From: Azolla caroliniana
Taxonomy: Eukaryota > Plantae > Polypodiophyta
Length of the DNA stretch: 64,000 nt
Direction of reading: 5' to 3'
Assembly (NCBI GenBank): GCA_043228905.1
Contig: JBHGNT010000001.1
Coordinates: forward strand, 2,294,001 to 2,358,000
Positions within the stretch are counted from its first letter, which is position 1. Each line of letters starts with the position of its first letter. The notes under the pieces were generated by a model, which worked only from the letters and a program-made list of their open reading frames with translations, searched no databases and had not been told where the DNA came from. Made by a program: the position numbers and the translations under genes. This document shows, in pieces, positions 1 to 12,409 of this stretch.

Positions 1-377
1 AGTCGAGGCTGCAGAAGACGGTTGCGTTGTCAACCACGGAGGCGGAGTACATGGCAGCTATTGAAGCCGGCAAGGAAATAATATGGATGAAGGACTTCAT
101 TAGAGAGCTCGGTATCCGGCAAGAGGAGTACCGACTCTACTGCGACAGTCAGAGTGCCATCCACCTTGCGAAGAACGCGGCCTACCATTCCCGGACGAAA
201 CACATCCAGCGAAGATATCACTGGATCCGGGAAAGGATAGAAGACAAGGAGTTCGTGCTGACGAAGATCCACACGAATGAGAACGGGTCGGATATGCTGA
301 CCAAGGTGCTCACACCCGACAAGCTGGAAGCATGCCGGAAGAGGATCGGATTGGAGAGACATCCCATGCCGAAGTGA
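1..377 (+). CDS. Copia Pol polyprotein, RNase H domain (partial)
   Basis: Open frame ending TGA at 377 with canonical Ty1/copia RNase H motifs. Confidence 0.93.
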   Translation, partial: SRLQKTVALSTTEAEYMAAIEAGKEIIWMKDFIRELGIRQEEYRLYCDSQSAIHLAKNAAYHSRTKHIQRRYHWIRERIEDKEFVLTKIHTNENGSDMLTKVLTPDKLEACRKRIGLERHPMPK

Positions 378-387
378 AGGGGGAGTT

Positions 388-1038
388 TGTTGGGATTTCG
401 GTCCCTCCGGATGGGATGTCCGGAGATGAATGACGGCAAGCCCGGTTGCGGTTACGGAACCGGATGATGAAGACCTCGGCTACGGAGCCGGATGATGAAG
501 ACCCCGGCTACGGAGCCGGCTGATGAAGACCCGGCTACGGAGCCGGATGACGAATGTACCCGGAGAGAGATCCGGATGCGGGGACATATTTGTGAATATG
601 TTTGCCAAGGGCCCTTGAGGCTATATTTGTAAATAGCCCGAAAGTCATATGTGTATAAATATGACTTTGGGCAAACAGTTTTGTTGTTGCTTCTTATTTT
701 TCTGTTTTTCCACTCAAGAGGAGTGAAGAGAGAGCAGCCGTGAGAGAGATAGAGCGTGAGAGAGGAGGAGGTCGACGCCTCTGTGTATTTCCGCCGCCTG
801 TGGCGAGGACAACGAGCTCAAGGTCGTCGCCTTGCAGCTCGCCACTGTATATTTCTCTGTGCATAGTGTTTGGTTTGGAGTCTTGTACTCCCGTGGTTTT
901 TCCCGTCTAGGGTTTTCCACGTTAATCCCTGTGTATTCGTGTTCTTTCTCTGTGGTTCCTATTTTCTGCTGCATTGATTCGTGCTTACTCGGTTGTGGCC
1001 GAGTGGTGAAGGTGAATCAGAGCGTCGATTTCTCTACA
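388..1038 (+). repeat. 3' LTR (~651 bp) of the copia element
   Basis: Starts TGTTGGGATTTCG 2 nt after the PPT and ends CGATTTCTCTACA (TG...CA, imperfect terminal inverted repeat, 9/13). TATAAAT at 654-660. Composition drops to AT-rich after 1038. Predicted TSD is TTTAT (1039-1043); its partner lies outside the window. Confidence 0.8.
449..553 (+). repeat. ~28-bp tandem repeat x~3.8 in LTR U3
   Basis: Unit CGGCTACGGAGCCGGATGATGAAGACCC read directly. Confidence 0.9.
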
Positions 1039-1703
1039 TTTATCGATATTTGAAATCTCGAGGGTGGATTGATATTAATCAGATGCGTGTTTTTTTATAT
1101 TACCAGTAGGAATAATCGTAATATTTTTTTGTGGCATCATTCGTGAAGCCATTGATTGTAGAGTTTTCCTAGTGCACTTGGATAGATGTTTTTTACATTC
1201 ATTGGGAATGCACAAATGAAAAATTCCATGTTAAAATATAAGGGTGGACACCTAATTGATATATATATATATATATATTCATAAAAGGACCGTTTAGGGT
1301 TTAGAGTCTCCTCAACAATAAGTTTAACATGTTCGACTAGATATAAGCTCAACGTCATTACCCTATAAGTTTTGGTCATGAACCATCCTACACACTTCTC
1401 ATATGGGGTAGTTGAACTTGGAGCACGAGGATTTGTCGCAAAAATGGAATACTTGCATCGGCTTCCAAGTGCTTACTATCTTCTTATTGCAAATGTTTCA
1501 CATTTGGTCTGAGAGGTCAAATTGGGCGATAATAATATCTATCCATCTCTTTCTCGGGCTGTTGACTTGGTGGTGTACACCATACCATCAATCCAAAGTC
1601 AAGGAACAAAGAGTGAATCTAAGTTTGATCGACATCCATCATGGACTCGGTGCCGTGCCGCGCCGTGCCCCACGAGACTCTCTCTCTCTCTCTCTCTCTC
1701 TAT

Positions 1704-1915
1704 TTGGTTTCCCCTCCATGATGGATACGGAGATGAGTGAGGAGGGGTATTCTTTATAATTTCGTTAAAACCTGCTTAAAGCCATCTCTTCATGGTATAA
1801 TTTGGTCTCCCCTCGAAGATGGACGCGGAGATGAGTGAGAATGAGCAGGGGTATTCACTATAATTTCCTTAAACCCTGCTTGAATTCTTCCCTTCATAGT
1901 ACATTTCATTTCCCT
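1704..1915 (+). repeat. ~98-bp tandem duplication upstream of the TTI2-like ATG, each copy carrying a short ORF
   Basis: Copy 1 ORF 1718-1759 MMDTEMSEEGYSL*; copy 2 ORF 1819-1863 MDAEMSENEQGYSL*. Confidence 0.8.
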
Positions 1916-1995
1916 CCGGTCTTTTTTAGTTCCTACTGCAGAAAGAGGTCGAGGGATCTACACTGAGAGAGAGAGAGAGAGAGAGAGAGAAAGAA

Positions 1996-4900
1996 ATGGA
2001 GGACAGCGATCCGATGGTCCACTGGGAGAAATTGAAAGGAGATCTAGGGCTGAAATCCAAGCATTATCGCCAGCGATTAGAAGCTATACAGTCTGTTTCT
2101 TCCCTCTTTGAAGATGCCCCCTTCGACGACAGTGTCAGCCACGAATCCTTTCTTCGATTCAGTGTTGAAATTTTGGACCTTCTCTTGTTTACTCTGGCTT
2201 TATCAGACTCCAACTTGAAGGTACATGCTTTTCTATTTAATTTAAAATTTCTCTCTCTTTCTGATATGAGTCACATACATCTCAATGCGAAAAGCATGGA
2301 ACCTCCAAGGTTCTCATAAAACCTTTCTTTGTTTATCTATTTACAATTGCTTATATTTATTTGCATGATTTTAATTTTGTAAACTTTTTTATCAAAATTT
2401 CAAGCTTTAATGTTTACATATCAAATCTTTAACCAAGAAAAATTACCTTGATTCTACCTTGATTGTTGCAAAGGAATGTTTTTTTTTTTGCGTTTTTTAT
2501 TCTTTAGCCAATCAAAATTCTTGTTATTCTTTATGGCTGTTGTTTTTGAATATGTCGAACTGGTTTAAGGTATAGAAATTTCATGAAAAATAACGGTTTT
2601 ATGCATATTTGAAAATCGAGTTTGTATATAGATATGTTCTCCCAGTATTTTCAGTACATGTGTGAGAGTAGAGATTGGTATGAATGAAGGAAAAACGAGT
2701 GCTTGCTGCTTTTTTATGCCTGTTTGAGTTTTTCATAGGATAATTGAAATTTTGCTTGGCCATTTCCCTGTTCTTTTGGGTTTATTTTATTTAAATTGTC
2801 TACTAGTGGATAAAGATCAAGCACATATCTACTCACACATAGAAGCTCAATGAAGTAAATATGAATTGATATACATCATATGATTAAAATTTGCTCATGG
2901 AACCTGATGAGGATTACTTATATGTTTTGAAGACTTGGATTTCACTATGCAATGTAGTAAGTACCAAAAGAAGACTCCAAAATGATTTTGTGACTCAAAT
3001 TTCTAAGGAAAATCTATGCTACTTTCATTGCTTATGTTTTCAATGAACCATCCTATGTTGCGAAAACGAATTAAAAAGGTGGATGTGGAGTGCCAATGAA
3101 ACAAATATCACATCTAGTGTAAGTAGATTGGCAGGGTTCTATATCATGGAAGTTGTCGTAGTAATTGAGCAACATCTCAACTAGAATCTTCAATCACCAA
3201 GAAAATATACTGAAAAGTTATATATATAGAGAGAGAGACACACACACAAATGCACTTGACACAATCCACACAATCCACACAATCCAGCATGCAGTTTCCA
3301 ATGATGGGTTCTTCAATGATCCTTAGTTTTCTATCTTTGGGCCCAAATTTATTGTATGCTAGGCAATGATGGGTTTCCAATGATGGGTTCTAAAGAAGAC
3401 TGTGATACTTCTTACATTGCAAGTGCACACACACACACACACACACTCTCTCTCTCTCTCTCTCTCTGTGTATGAGTAGTGTTGGATGCCTATTTACTTA
3501 GCTCCAATTTACTCTCTTATGGGTAATCTTAGATAATAGAGTCAAAAGATGCCTCAGTTAGGCTTGATAAAGGCTCAAATTTCCCCTCCTAATATTTAAT
3601 ACAAGGAAGTTTGTTTCACTTAAATTCTCAATAAACTGTCCATTTGATGTGAGTTGTAATGAATATACTGGAATTCGTTTATTTTGCGTACTGCTTTTTC
3701 AATAGATTCAACTTTAGTCTCAATACATTCAAGTTTTTACATCTAAGCTTATATATGCCAATGAATTCATTTTTCTTCATTTTTTTCAGGTGCGTATTAG
3801 TGCCATTCAATCTGCAAACAAGATTTTCCAGAGAATTCAGAAAAATCTTCCAGTGCCAGAGTAATGCTTTGTGTATGTTATACGCTATTCTTCGTCATGG
3901 TTGTGGCTTAAGAAAATAGAAACTTACAATTTGGATATGTGATTCCGTAATAGGCAAATCATTTCTCACCTGAAGGTCATAGTGGGCTGGAGTAAAGCTA
4001 CATGAAAGTAGAGTATAATTTTGCAGCCGTGATTTTGTTGAATGTGAGAATCTAACAAGGAAAAGAAAATTCTCCTCTTATTTGTCCTGACTTTTCAGCC
4101 TGACCTTGCTTTATGGCTCCTAGTTACCCCATTGTTTGAATTGTGGAATGTTGGTTCTATAATATGAGGCTTTAAACTGTTTTTTGATGGCCAGTAAAAT
4201 AACATCATTAAATGGTAACGATGAAAGTTTGAAAATGAATATGTTGTGAAGGTTGGATCAATACATATGGGGATTTCTTGCAACAAATGTGGATGAACAC
4301 AAAGAAGTGCAGAATGCTGCAGCAGAGTTATTTCTGCAAAAGGATGCAACTCTTAGAAACCTTTGCTCAAAGGTGGTGATTGTGTTCAAAGCCTAAATGT
4401 TCTTTTTGTTACTTACAACAAATTTTTACACTACTCTGAAGTTTAGTACTCCAGTGGTTCTTCTGAAGCGTATAATGAATTCTTCCATCTTGTGAAATCA
4501 GGAGATGATTATTCGGCTGATTCAGAGATTTGTTACAACAGCAATACATTCACTAAGAAGTGTACATAAAAAGTCATCAGTTTCAGTCCTTGAAGGCTTC
4601 CAATTTACGTCTGATTTAAGGCTTTTATTATTTTCTATAGAGGGGGCCATACATCTCCAGCTAATGGATATATCAGACAATGCAAACAAAGATAACTTAT
4701 TCCCTGTACTAATTGTTGTTGCTTCTGCGTTGCTTGAAGAATGTGAAATATCCGGGGATAAACCACGGGCAAAGGAAGTCTTGCAACTGTTGAGGTAATC
4801 TTTTACTGGGCGAATCACTTTATTTTTTGCAATCCATTATATTACGGGTGGCAGCTTTAATGTGAGCTGAAAACCCCTAAAAAGTGGCTCTGATGAAATT

Positions 4901-7900
4901 ATCAGTAGGTTACTATATGTAACTTTAGACTAGAAACGTTCAAATGAAGAGCGTGAAGTGAATCACACTTCATCCTTACCTCAACTTCCCCATGGTTTTG
5001 ATGTAACTTTTTATTTCCATACAGATCTCTTGGAACTCCCCACTATAGGTGCTATGTGATCCCAATGATATCATCTGGACTCTATGAGGGTGCTATATTA
5101 GTAAGACATTACCAGGTCTCACATTTTATGGATCAAGAAACTGCAGATGTATTTATAAAGTTGGAGACCATGATTATTCTTAGAGGTATTTCAATTACAC
5201 TCGAAAGTACTGGAGGTCTGGACAGTTCACAAGTTTCTGAGTATCTCTGTGAGGAGAGAATGAAAGCTTTGCAGAAACTAGTAGAGGTATGCAGTATGGT
5301 TTTCAGCATATTTGGGTTTTCATGTGCCCAAAATATGTGTGCCATTTTATTTCACAGCCCTTATCTTCTTTCTCACTGCAGGTTCTACAGCTTCCGTCTG
5401 ATCTTGTGGTCCCCATAAATGAGGCTCAGGATATTAAAACAGCTGAGGAATTTACCCGTGCTTCATTCTTCTTTCTGAGGATATTATATTCTATTTTGAA
5501 GGTAGACATTGCGGATATGAAACAAGGGGACATGATGCAAGATCTGATTCTTACCTGTGCAGCAATAGCTTCTGCTGAAAATGATCCTAAGACACCCCTC
5601 TCATGGATAAGTAAGGATGCCCAGGACCTAGCAAATAAAATAGTGAGACATCTTGATACTTTTTTTCGTGATGTCAGAGAATCAGAGCTTCAGGAACAAG
5701 GACAAACCAGAAAAACCAAGGTTGAATCTTGTGTTGGTCTTGAGAGAGTGGTATCTAGGAGGCTCCCTAATCTTGTACCGATACTTAAGAGTCGATTGAA
5801 GAATGATTTTGGTGAGAGAAATACAACTGATTGTAAAGCTATTTCAAGCAGCGTGAGTTTGGCATCTGCGATTATTGCAGCACATCAACTGCTCTGGTGC
5901 TTAAAACAGGTTTTTCATGATGGATAACATTAATGTTTTTACTACCCAATTGCTATGCTCAATTCTTGTTTCTGGAAGGCAATTGGAAATGTCGAAATAC
6001 TTTTGTTTTAAAAGAACCCTTCAGTATCATTTAAGTTGTATATATGTGCTAAAAGAATTAAGGAGACCTTAAAGAGAGAAGATAAAAAGAAAGTGAAGAA
6101 AACAAATTATGTGCTATTTGAACAATTATATGATCAATTTGCCCCCTTTAAATATGGAAATAGCACATATAGTTGAGAAGAAGTGGATAAATTGACTGTT
6201 TAATTGCTCAAAGAACACATAAAATTGCTCTCTGAATGGCGGTGGGTATTTTGAGAAATAACAGAAACGTAGGGACATTTGTAGAAATTAAGAAAAACCT
6301 CGGGCATTTCAGAATTTTCCTTATATCTCTCGTATGAATAAACCGTGACTAGAATATCATGTGTGCAAGTTTGAATGCAGTAATTGATCACCATTTCTTT
6401 TCCCATGTCCAGGTAAAGCATCCACATTTGAGTCCTTCTTCTACTCTACTAATACCTTGTGCTCTTATGGCTTTGGATCATCATTCTTTGCATGTCAAGG
6501 TAAGGCTTGTTCAGTTGTTTCATAAAACCATGACCGTTTAAGAAATGATCATCATATCACAAGAAGCATTGTATAACATAAATTGATTGGGATGTAAGAA
6601 ACGTTATGTGAAAATGATTGTAATAAAATTTTCCTGTTTCCTACTTGCATGTGCATCAGGAAAAAGATGATTGCATAGCTTTACAAATATTATACTCAGA
6701 ATATAGTATGTCATATCTGTTGCCATATCATGATTACATAGCTACATATTATACTCAGAATATAGTATGTCTAATTCACACAATTTCTTTTGTTTTTCTC
6801 TTCTCATTTTGCTTCTGCATCTTTTATATTCATCAATGATGTGGTTCGCTATTGGACTGCAGTTAGATGTTGCAATAACAATTTTTTTATTAATAACAAT
6901 ATTTACTTGGAATGTAATTGGCAGAGACAGGCATTGAAAATCTTCATGCATTTAAAAGAAAATCTTAATCCGTCAGAGCTTCGTTGGTACAAGGATATTA
7001 TACTTGATTCTGTCACACATAATATAATTGGCTCCGGCGAGCTTTGGCCCCTTGTGGTTCAAACATCAATACAACTTGTTAGATGCTTGGAAGGAAGTAA
7101 TCCAAGGGCGAAATGGTAATATCATACCTTAAATGGTGTTAAAATGTGGGTTCAAAATTTTACCCCTTTCTCGCTCTATCATTTCCTGGTGGAGTAATAT
7201 ATAATAATTAATTACGATAAAATTAAGACCAAGGCCAATATATGCACCATTGATAACTGTACTAACACAATGATGAAATGGGGTTCTGATCTTGAGTGAT
7301 ACCAATCTGTAGCCTATGTCTACTCTTCAAATGCACCCCTAGCCATGATCTGGAAATTAAGTATGGAGGATGGGGAGGTCTAACCAGAGAAGATCGCCTC
7401 AACACAATGCTTCGCCCAGGAACATGACAGTGAAGAACACCTCACACTTGATGCACTTAGATGACGCAAATTCTAAGGATCAGATCCATATGTATTTCAT
7501 AGTTGTACCTCACATATTTAGGAGTGTATATGGCTGTAGCTAAGACCTTTCATCTCCCGTCCTAATCCCCACCCTTCTCAATTATTTGTAAATCTCTCCT
7601 GTCTCCATTATTTATTTTTACCGATTATATCTTATCAGTTTCTTTTGTTTGGATACTTTGCATGGTTAAAATGTTCCTCTTTAGCAGAGGATATTTCCAT
7701 TATGCCATACAGATCTAGAGTGAGGAGCACTAACAATGCCAGTCTACAGTTTACTATGAGTTTCGAGGATGCTTCTACTGCCTCTTGAAGGAGGGATTTT
7801 GGACCATTATCCTGAGGCATGCATGCACTTCTATGTATAGTGATGTTTGAGGTTGTTTCTACTAGAGATTGGTAGATTTAGTGAGTCTCTCCAGAATAAT

Positions 7901-9837
7901 GGAAGGCCAGCAGGGCCTGTATAAAGGCCATTATAGACTTCTGTAGAAAGCTGTGTCAAGAGACCTTGTGAGAGCATTCAGGGGCTGATTCATTCAAGTT
8001 CTACTTCTCCAAGATATTTATTTATTTTGTACATTGTATCCTCTGCATTACTTGTACACATGGTTCAGATAACTTTGTACTTTGATCACAGCCTAGTTAC
8101 ATCATTTAGGTGCAAATTTTTTTGCGTTCTTTTACCTTTGGCCTCACAGAACATTTTTGCCAGTAACATATCATCATCCTCATCATCTCATACACTTACT
8201 GGATACAGTCCAGACCCGTCATTCCGTTGATGCATGAGCTTGTCGATGTATGTTCAGCTGGATACAACACCATTCACTCATCCATGAGCTAGTTGGCATA
8301 TACTGAACTGAGGTTATTAACGGGCTATGCCTTTTTTATGCATAAACACCATTTCCTGCACACAAACAAATAGCATCTGACCTCCATACATCAACCATCA
8401 TCGACCTTCCCATATACTGATGTGAATGCATCCCGGTCCCAAAATTGATTGTGTAATGATGTGTGCAGACAGGTCTACCACCCATTATGAGCTCAAAAAG
8501 GAACTAGGTTAGACCACATAGAGGAAAGCTAGATGAGAACTGAAAACACTTAAACTTTCAAACCTAGCCACCAAGAACCTAGTTTATAGCACACATGGTC
8601 TAGAGTTTTTCTTTAGCTTATATCTAATATAACACTAGTACCATGTGTCAGGACCAGGTTGTAACAAATTTGTTGCTAACAAAACGTTATTTATGGGATT
8701 AAAGATTTGCTGAATGTCCATGCTCTTTGGAAACAGGTATAGGAGTATTTTGAATGAGATGTTGGGTGAATTGGAAAGAAATCAGAGGAATCCCATTTGG
8801 TATACGATATGGCTCCACCATGTAGGTGACCTATTTGATGCAATGGGACTTGTTCTGGTGGCACATTTTCGACGATTGCTGCCTCTCCTCTTCTTTTGGG
8901 CGCATACTGCAGACGATTCAGTCGTATTACTGGTCAGATTTGTGTATCTTAATGGGTTGTAATTGTTCATTGTAAATGTATTAGATTTTATATTTTTAAT
9001 GTATTAAGGTGCATGTTTTCATGGGTTAGATTTGTGCATTTAATGGGATGATGGTGCAGGTGCTCAAAGTCTTCAAGGATGTCATAAGAAACACGTGGCC
9101 ACGAATGCCCTACCATGTTAAAAGGTTATCATCATTAAAAGTATCTATTTTTTCTTATGCGTTTTAGCAAGTTCTGGATGGTTTTTATTTTTTGTCATGA
9201 GAAATGTGTGCATGAATGCCTATCATATTGGAAGGTTTGTCATACATCATTTTCTATGCTTTACCATGAAGGGTTAGTTGAGTTCTTGTTTTTTCCATTG
9301 AAATATGTGATCATGAATGCACTATGATTGAAAGGTTTATATCATACTATATAATATTTCCATTTTAGTGATGCTGCTATAAAGGATTTTTTATGGTTTC
9401 TTCTGTGTTACTTTTGATTTTGCTTGCTGTAGCAGATTCTGGCAGGAACTCGCTCAGTTGTACACAGAAGCGTCTGAAAGCAAGTCGTGCTCAGCTCTTC
9501 GGTCATCAATTATTGAAATATGCGTACTACTAAAAATGTATTTGTTCTTAATCATCTGAATTCATTACCGACAAATTTGTTTTTTGCTTCTTTTACTAAA
9601 CTGATTATCCATGTCGACAACACATTCTTCTTCATCCAAGGCGTTTAATATTTATTTAATGAGCATAATGCTACCAGCTTTTAAGGTAGTGAATTATTTC
9701 ATAATGTTCGATTTTGCAGGTGTGGAGGTTCAGCGTTTGAGTCTGAGTACCAGAAAGAAGACAATAGAGATACCTCTCTAGCTTGTTTAAAACTGGCTTT
9801 GGAATCTCACTTAAACATAATTCCAATCAACACATAG
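1996..9837 (+). CDS. TTI2: TTI2 (TELO2-interacting protein 2)/At2g39910-like ARM/HEAT-repeat protein, ~752 aa
   Basis: Exons 1996-2220, 3790-3860, 4252-4372, 4502-4794, 5025-5286, 5382-5909, 6413-6499, 6925-7115, 8737-8932, 9060-9124, 9436-9537, 9720-9837. All GT-AG with consistent phases, 2259 nt. The C-terminal half matches remembered plant At2g39910-family motifs (HPHL..LLIPCALMALDH, NEMLGELER, GLVLVAHFRRLLPLLFFW, TWPR). Confidence 0.8.
7290..8680. mobile_element. Possible degenerate LTR-element remnant(s) in TTI2 intron 8
   Basis: On the minus strand ...GGCTACA-GAT-TGGTATCAC (7296-7314) resembles an LTR end plus tRNA-iMet PBS. A TATA-like GGCCTGTATAAAGGCC lies at 7914-7929. No coding remnant recognised; boundaries uncertain. 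Confidence 0.3.
9089..9349 (+). repeat. Three degenerate copies (~105-bp spacing) of the TTI2 exon10/intron10 junction
   Basis: GAAACACGTGGCCACGAATGCCCTACCATGTTAAAAG|GTTATCATCA (real junction) vs GAAATGTGTGCATGAATGCCTATCATATTGGAAGGTTTGTCATA (~9201) vs GAAATATGTGATCATGAATGCACTATGATTGAAAGGTTTATATCATA (~9300). Confidence 0.75.
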
Positions 9838-10406
9838 TGAACAAGGAACTTTTTTATGTAATTCTTCTTAGCATCAATACTATAATATGTAAAATACCCC
9901 ATGGGCAATTTCTGAGGAATCAACTCTAGTGGCAACTCTTTCTTGTATATGCGCAGCTCCCTTTTTAGTTTAGGGCTTACACTATATTGTAAAAAGGATT
10001 TTGTACATCTATAACCATTGGATTATTTTTAAGAAGTATATTTGTATTACAACTTTTCACTCATCACGACCAAGTGATTGACCCATTTAATTTTAAAAAT
10101 CAAGAAAAAGGTTGAACTATTTTATTGGTACTCTTTCCCATGGGTTGTGTTGGTGGACATACAGATTGATAACTATTATTTTGATTGCTATGTTTATGAA
10201 CCACAAACTCGGGTGATATGTGTATAACAAAGCATAGTTTTGGTATTGCAATTTGCTATTAATATTCAGGTGTAGTATAACCTCATTTGAGAATTAATCA
10301 CATTGGGCAATGCCATAAATGCACTAGTTAATGCCTATTTTAGACGTTAAGGGTGTTAAGGGTTGATATGCTCAAGGAAGCACTAGATCGAGCATCAATG
10401 GTTTGA

Positions 10407-10512
10407 CATCGTAGGTTGGTGTTAGTTCACCAATTGATAATACAACATCATGAGTTAAAACATCATAGGATGGTGTTAGTTCAACAATTGATAATAAAGC
10501 ATCATGAGTTAA
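10407..10512. repeat. ~53-bp tandem duplication
   Basis: ACATCRTAGGWTGGTGTTAGTTCAMCAATTGATAATAMARCATCATGAGTTAA occurs twice in tandem. Confidence 0.85.
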
Positions 10513-11266
10513 CTCCAAGTCATTGATCAAGGATCACAAAATGCGAACCAAGGGTCATTGTTTGAGGATTGGGATTCATGCCCATCATATGGGAGATAAG
10601 GGTCTGTAAGTTGCAAGAAAGTAGATGCCTACAAGTGCTTGTAGGTGGTTCCTGCACATGTAGTGTGTAGAGTTAGTTGCCCACATATACGTACTAGATT
10701 ATTTTTGTAAACTTGTGGTCATGCATTGGCTCTTTTGTGGGGAATTGTTGAGTATACAATATTGACTAAAGGGAAATCCCAATTAAATCCAAGCATATAA
10801 ATGTGTTCTCATTTGGGTAGCATGAGAAAAACACATCTCACAATAAACAACAAATGAACACTATGTGTTTGCCCTTGAGTCTACAACATTATGTTAGCGC
10901 TTACCCACAAGGGCCCATGTTTGATAACCACCACCTAAATCATTGGGTGGACATAACCACACAATGTACAAAAGTCCATGAGTGGAGGTCACTCCATGAT
11001 TTAGATGAGAGCTCACAACCTTGTTTATAGAAGGGTTATCCTTTCATATCATTCCAAAACATCCCATGTGTCCTTCAAAACCTTTGCGATGTAACACATA
11101 ACCATCAATCATTTATGCTCAAAGCCTTCATAAGTCAAGTGGCAATGGCCAAACTTGAATAAAAATGTCATGTTAGAATGGTGTAAAATTGAAGATGCTA
11201 CGAACTTCTCCAAATGTCCTTTGTTCATGTCTCATGACAATAACGATTACTTATGCCACTTGGCAT

Positions 11267-11592
11267 AGTGTTGACTTTAGCATGCGTACTTATGTAGGTT
11301 CAATTCTAGGGGTCATGTACACATATGGGTATAATGGTCAAATCGCAGGCTAACTGGAAGGGTTGAGATGAGTGGTATTATTAGGGAAGGTAGTAAAAAC
11401 CAAGGTATTATCGAATGGTGATAACGCACAGTGTTGACTTTAGCATGCGTACTTATGTAGGTTCAATTCTAGGGGTCATGTACACATATGGGTATAATGG
11501 TCAAATTGCAGGCTAACTAGAAGGGTTGAGATGAGTGGTATTATTAGGGAAGGTGGTAAAAACCAAGGTATTATCGAATGGTGATAGCGCAC
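11267..11592. repeat. 163-bp near-perfect tandem duplication
   Basis: AGTGTTGACTTTAGCATGCG...GGTGATARCGCAC at 11267 and 11430, with only a few substitutions. Confidence 0.95.
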
Positions 11593-12186
11593 CGACATGA
11601 TCTCGTTACATTGTTAGAGTTCTTAAAACAACAATATCCTTGACATCTATTGCCAATCATATGTAAAACTTTTCATGGCATACATATGAAAGGGATGTGA
11701 CATCCTTTGGGTCGACAAATGAGCCGAGTAGAAACAATCCCATCTCATTGATGCATATGATAATATAGAGCAAGGATGCCATGATGTGGCCATAAAAGCT
11801 GGTAGCCCACTCGGGGATGGTCACTCATTTGCCAAACAAAGAGGTCACGAGAGTGGGAGAAAGGTAGAGAACTCATGAACATGCGAGAAGTGGAGTGGAA
11901 ACACACAAAAAATGAAGCGTGAATTTGACGACTCAAAACACGTCAACAATGCCCATGATCGTTGACCCTACTGTAACTCATCAATTGTGACACCACTTAT
12001 CGGGGGACATGGAGGATTGGCGGCGATGAAGGTATTGGTTGACGGGATTGGTCTCATTCCCACGCGGATTCATATAATCTAGAGAACACACACATTCAGA
12101 TAAGAAGATAGAGACAAGTTGTTTTCTTTTTCTTTTCTTCCATTTAGTCTCAACTATGTCTTCCTTCCTTTCTTTCTTTTGTTGAG

Positions 12187-12262
12187 AAAGAAGAAGAAGA
12201 AGAAGAAGAAGAAGAAGAGGAGGAGGAGGAGGGAAGAAGAAGAAGAAGAAGAAGAAGAAGAA
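12187..12262. repeat. (GAA)n/(GAG)n microsatellite upstream of the PHD gene
   Basis: Read directly. Confidence 0.9.
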
Positions 12263-12409
12263 GGAAAGGAAGTATAGAGAGAGATATTAAGAAAACTCAA
12301 CAAAAGCAAAGAAGAAGGAAGAGGAGGAGGACGAAGAAGAAAAGACTGAACGTCTTTTGTCGTCGGAAATTTCTTTCCTTCATCTTCATCTTCATCTTCT
12401 TCGATTTTA

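Larger units (their letters stand above)
1..1038 (+). mobile_element. Ty1/copia LTR retrotransposon, 3' end (RNase H C-terminus, PPT, 3' LTR); truncated by the window start
   Basis: ORF to 377 has copia RNase H motifs (STTEAEYMA, CDSQSAIHLAKN, HSRTKHI..RYHWIRE, SDMLTK). It is followed directly by a polypurine tract GAAGGGGGAG (376-385) and a TG-starting LTR. Confidence 0.95.

Noticed and set aside
10300-12100. Possible decayed transposon coding region
   Set aside because: The composition is suggestive, but I could not recognise any transposase, RT or integrase motif.
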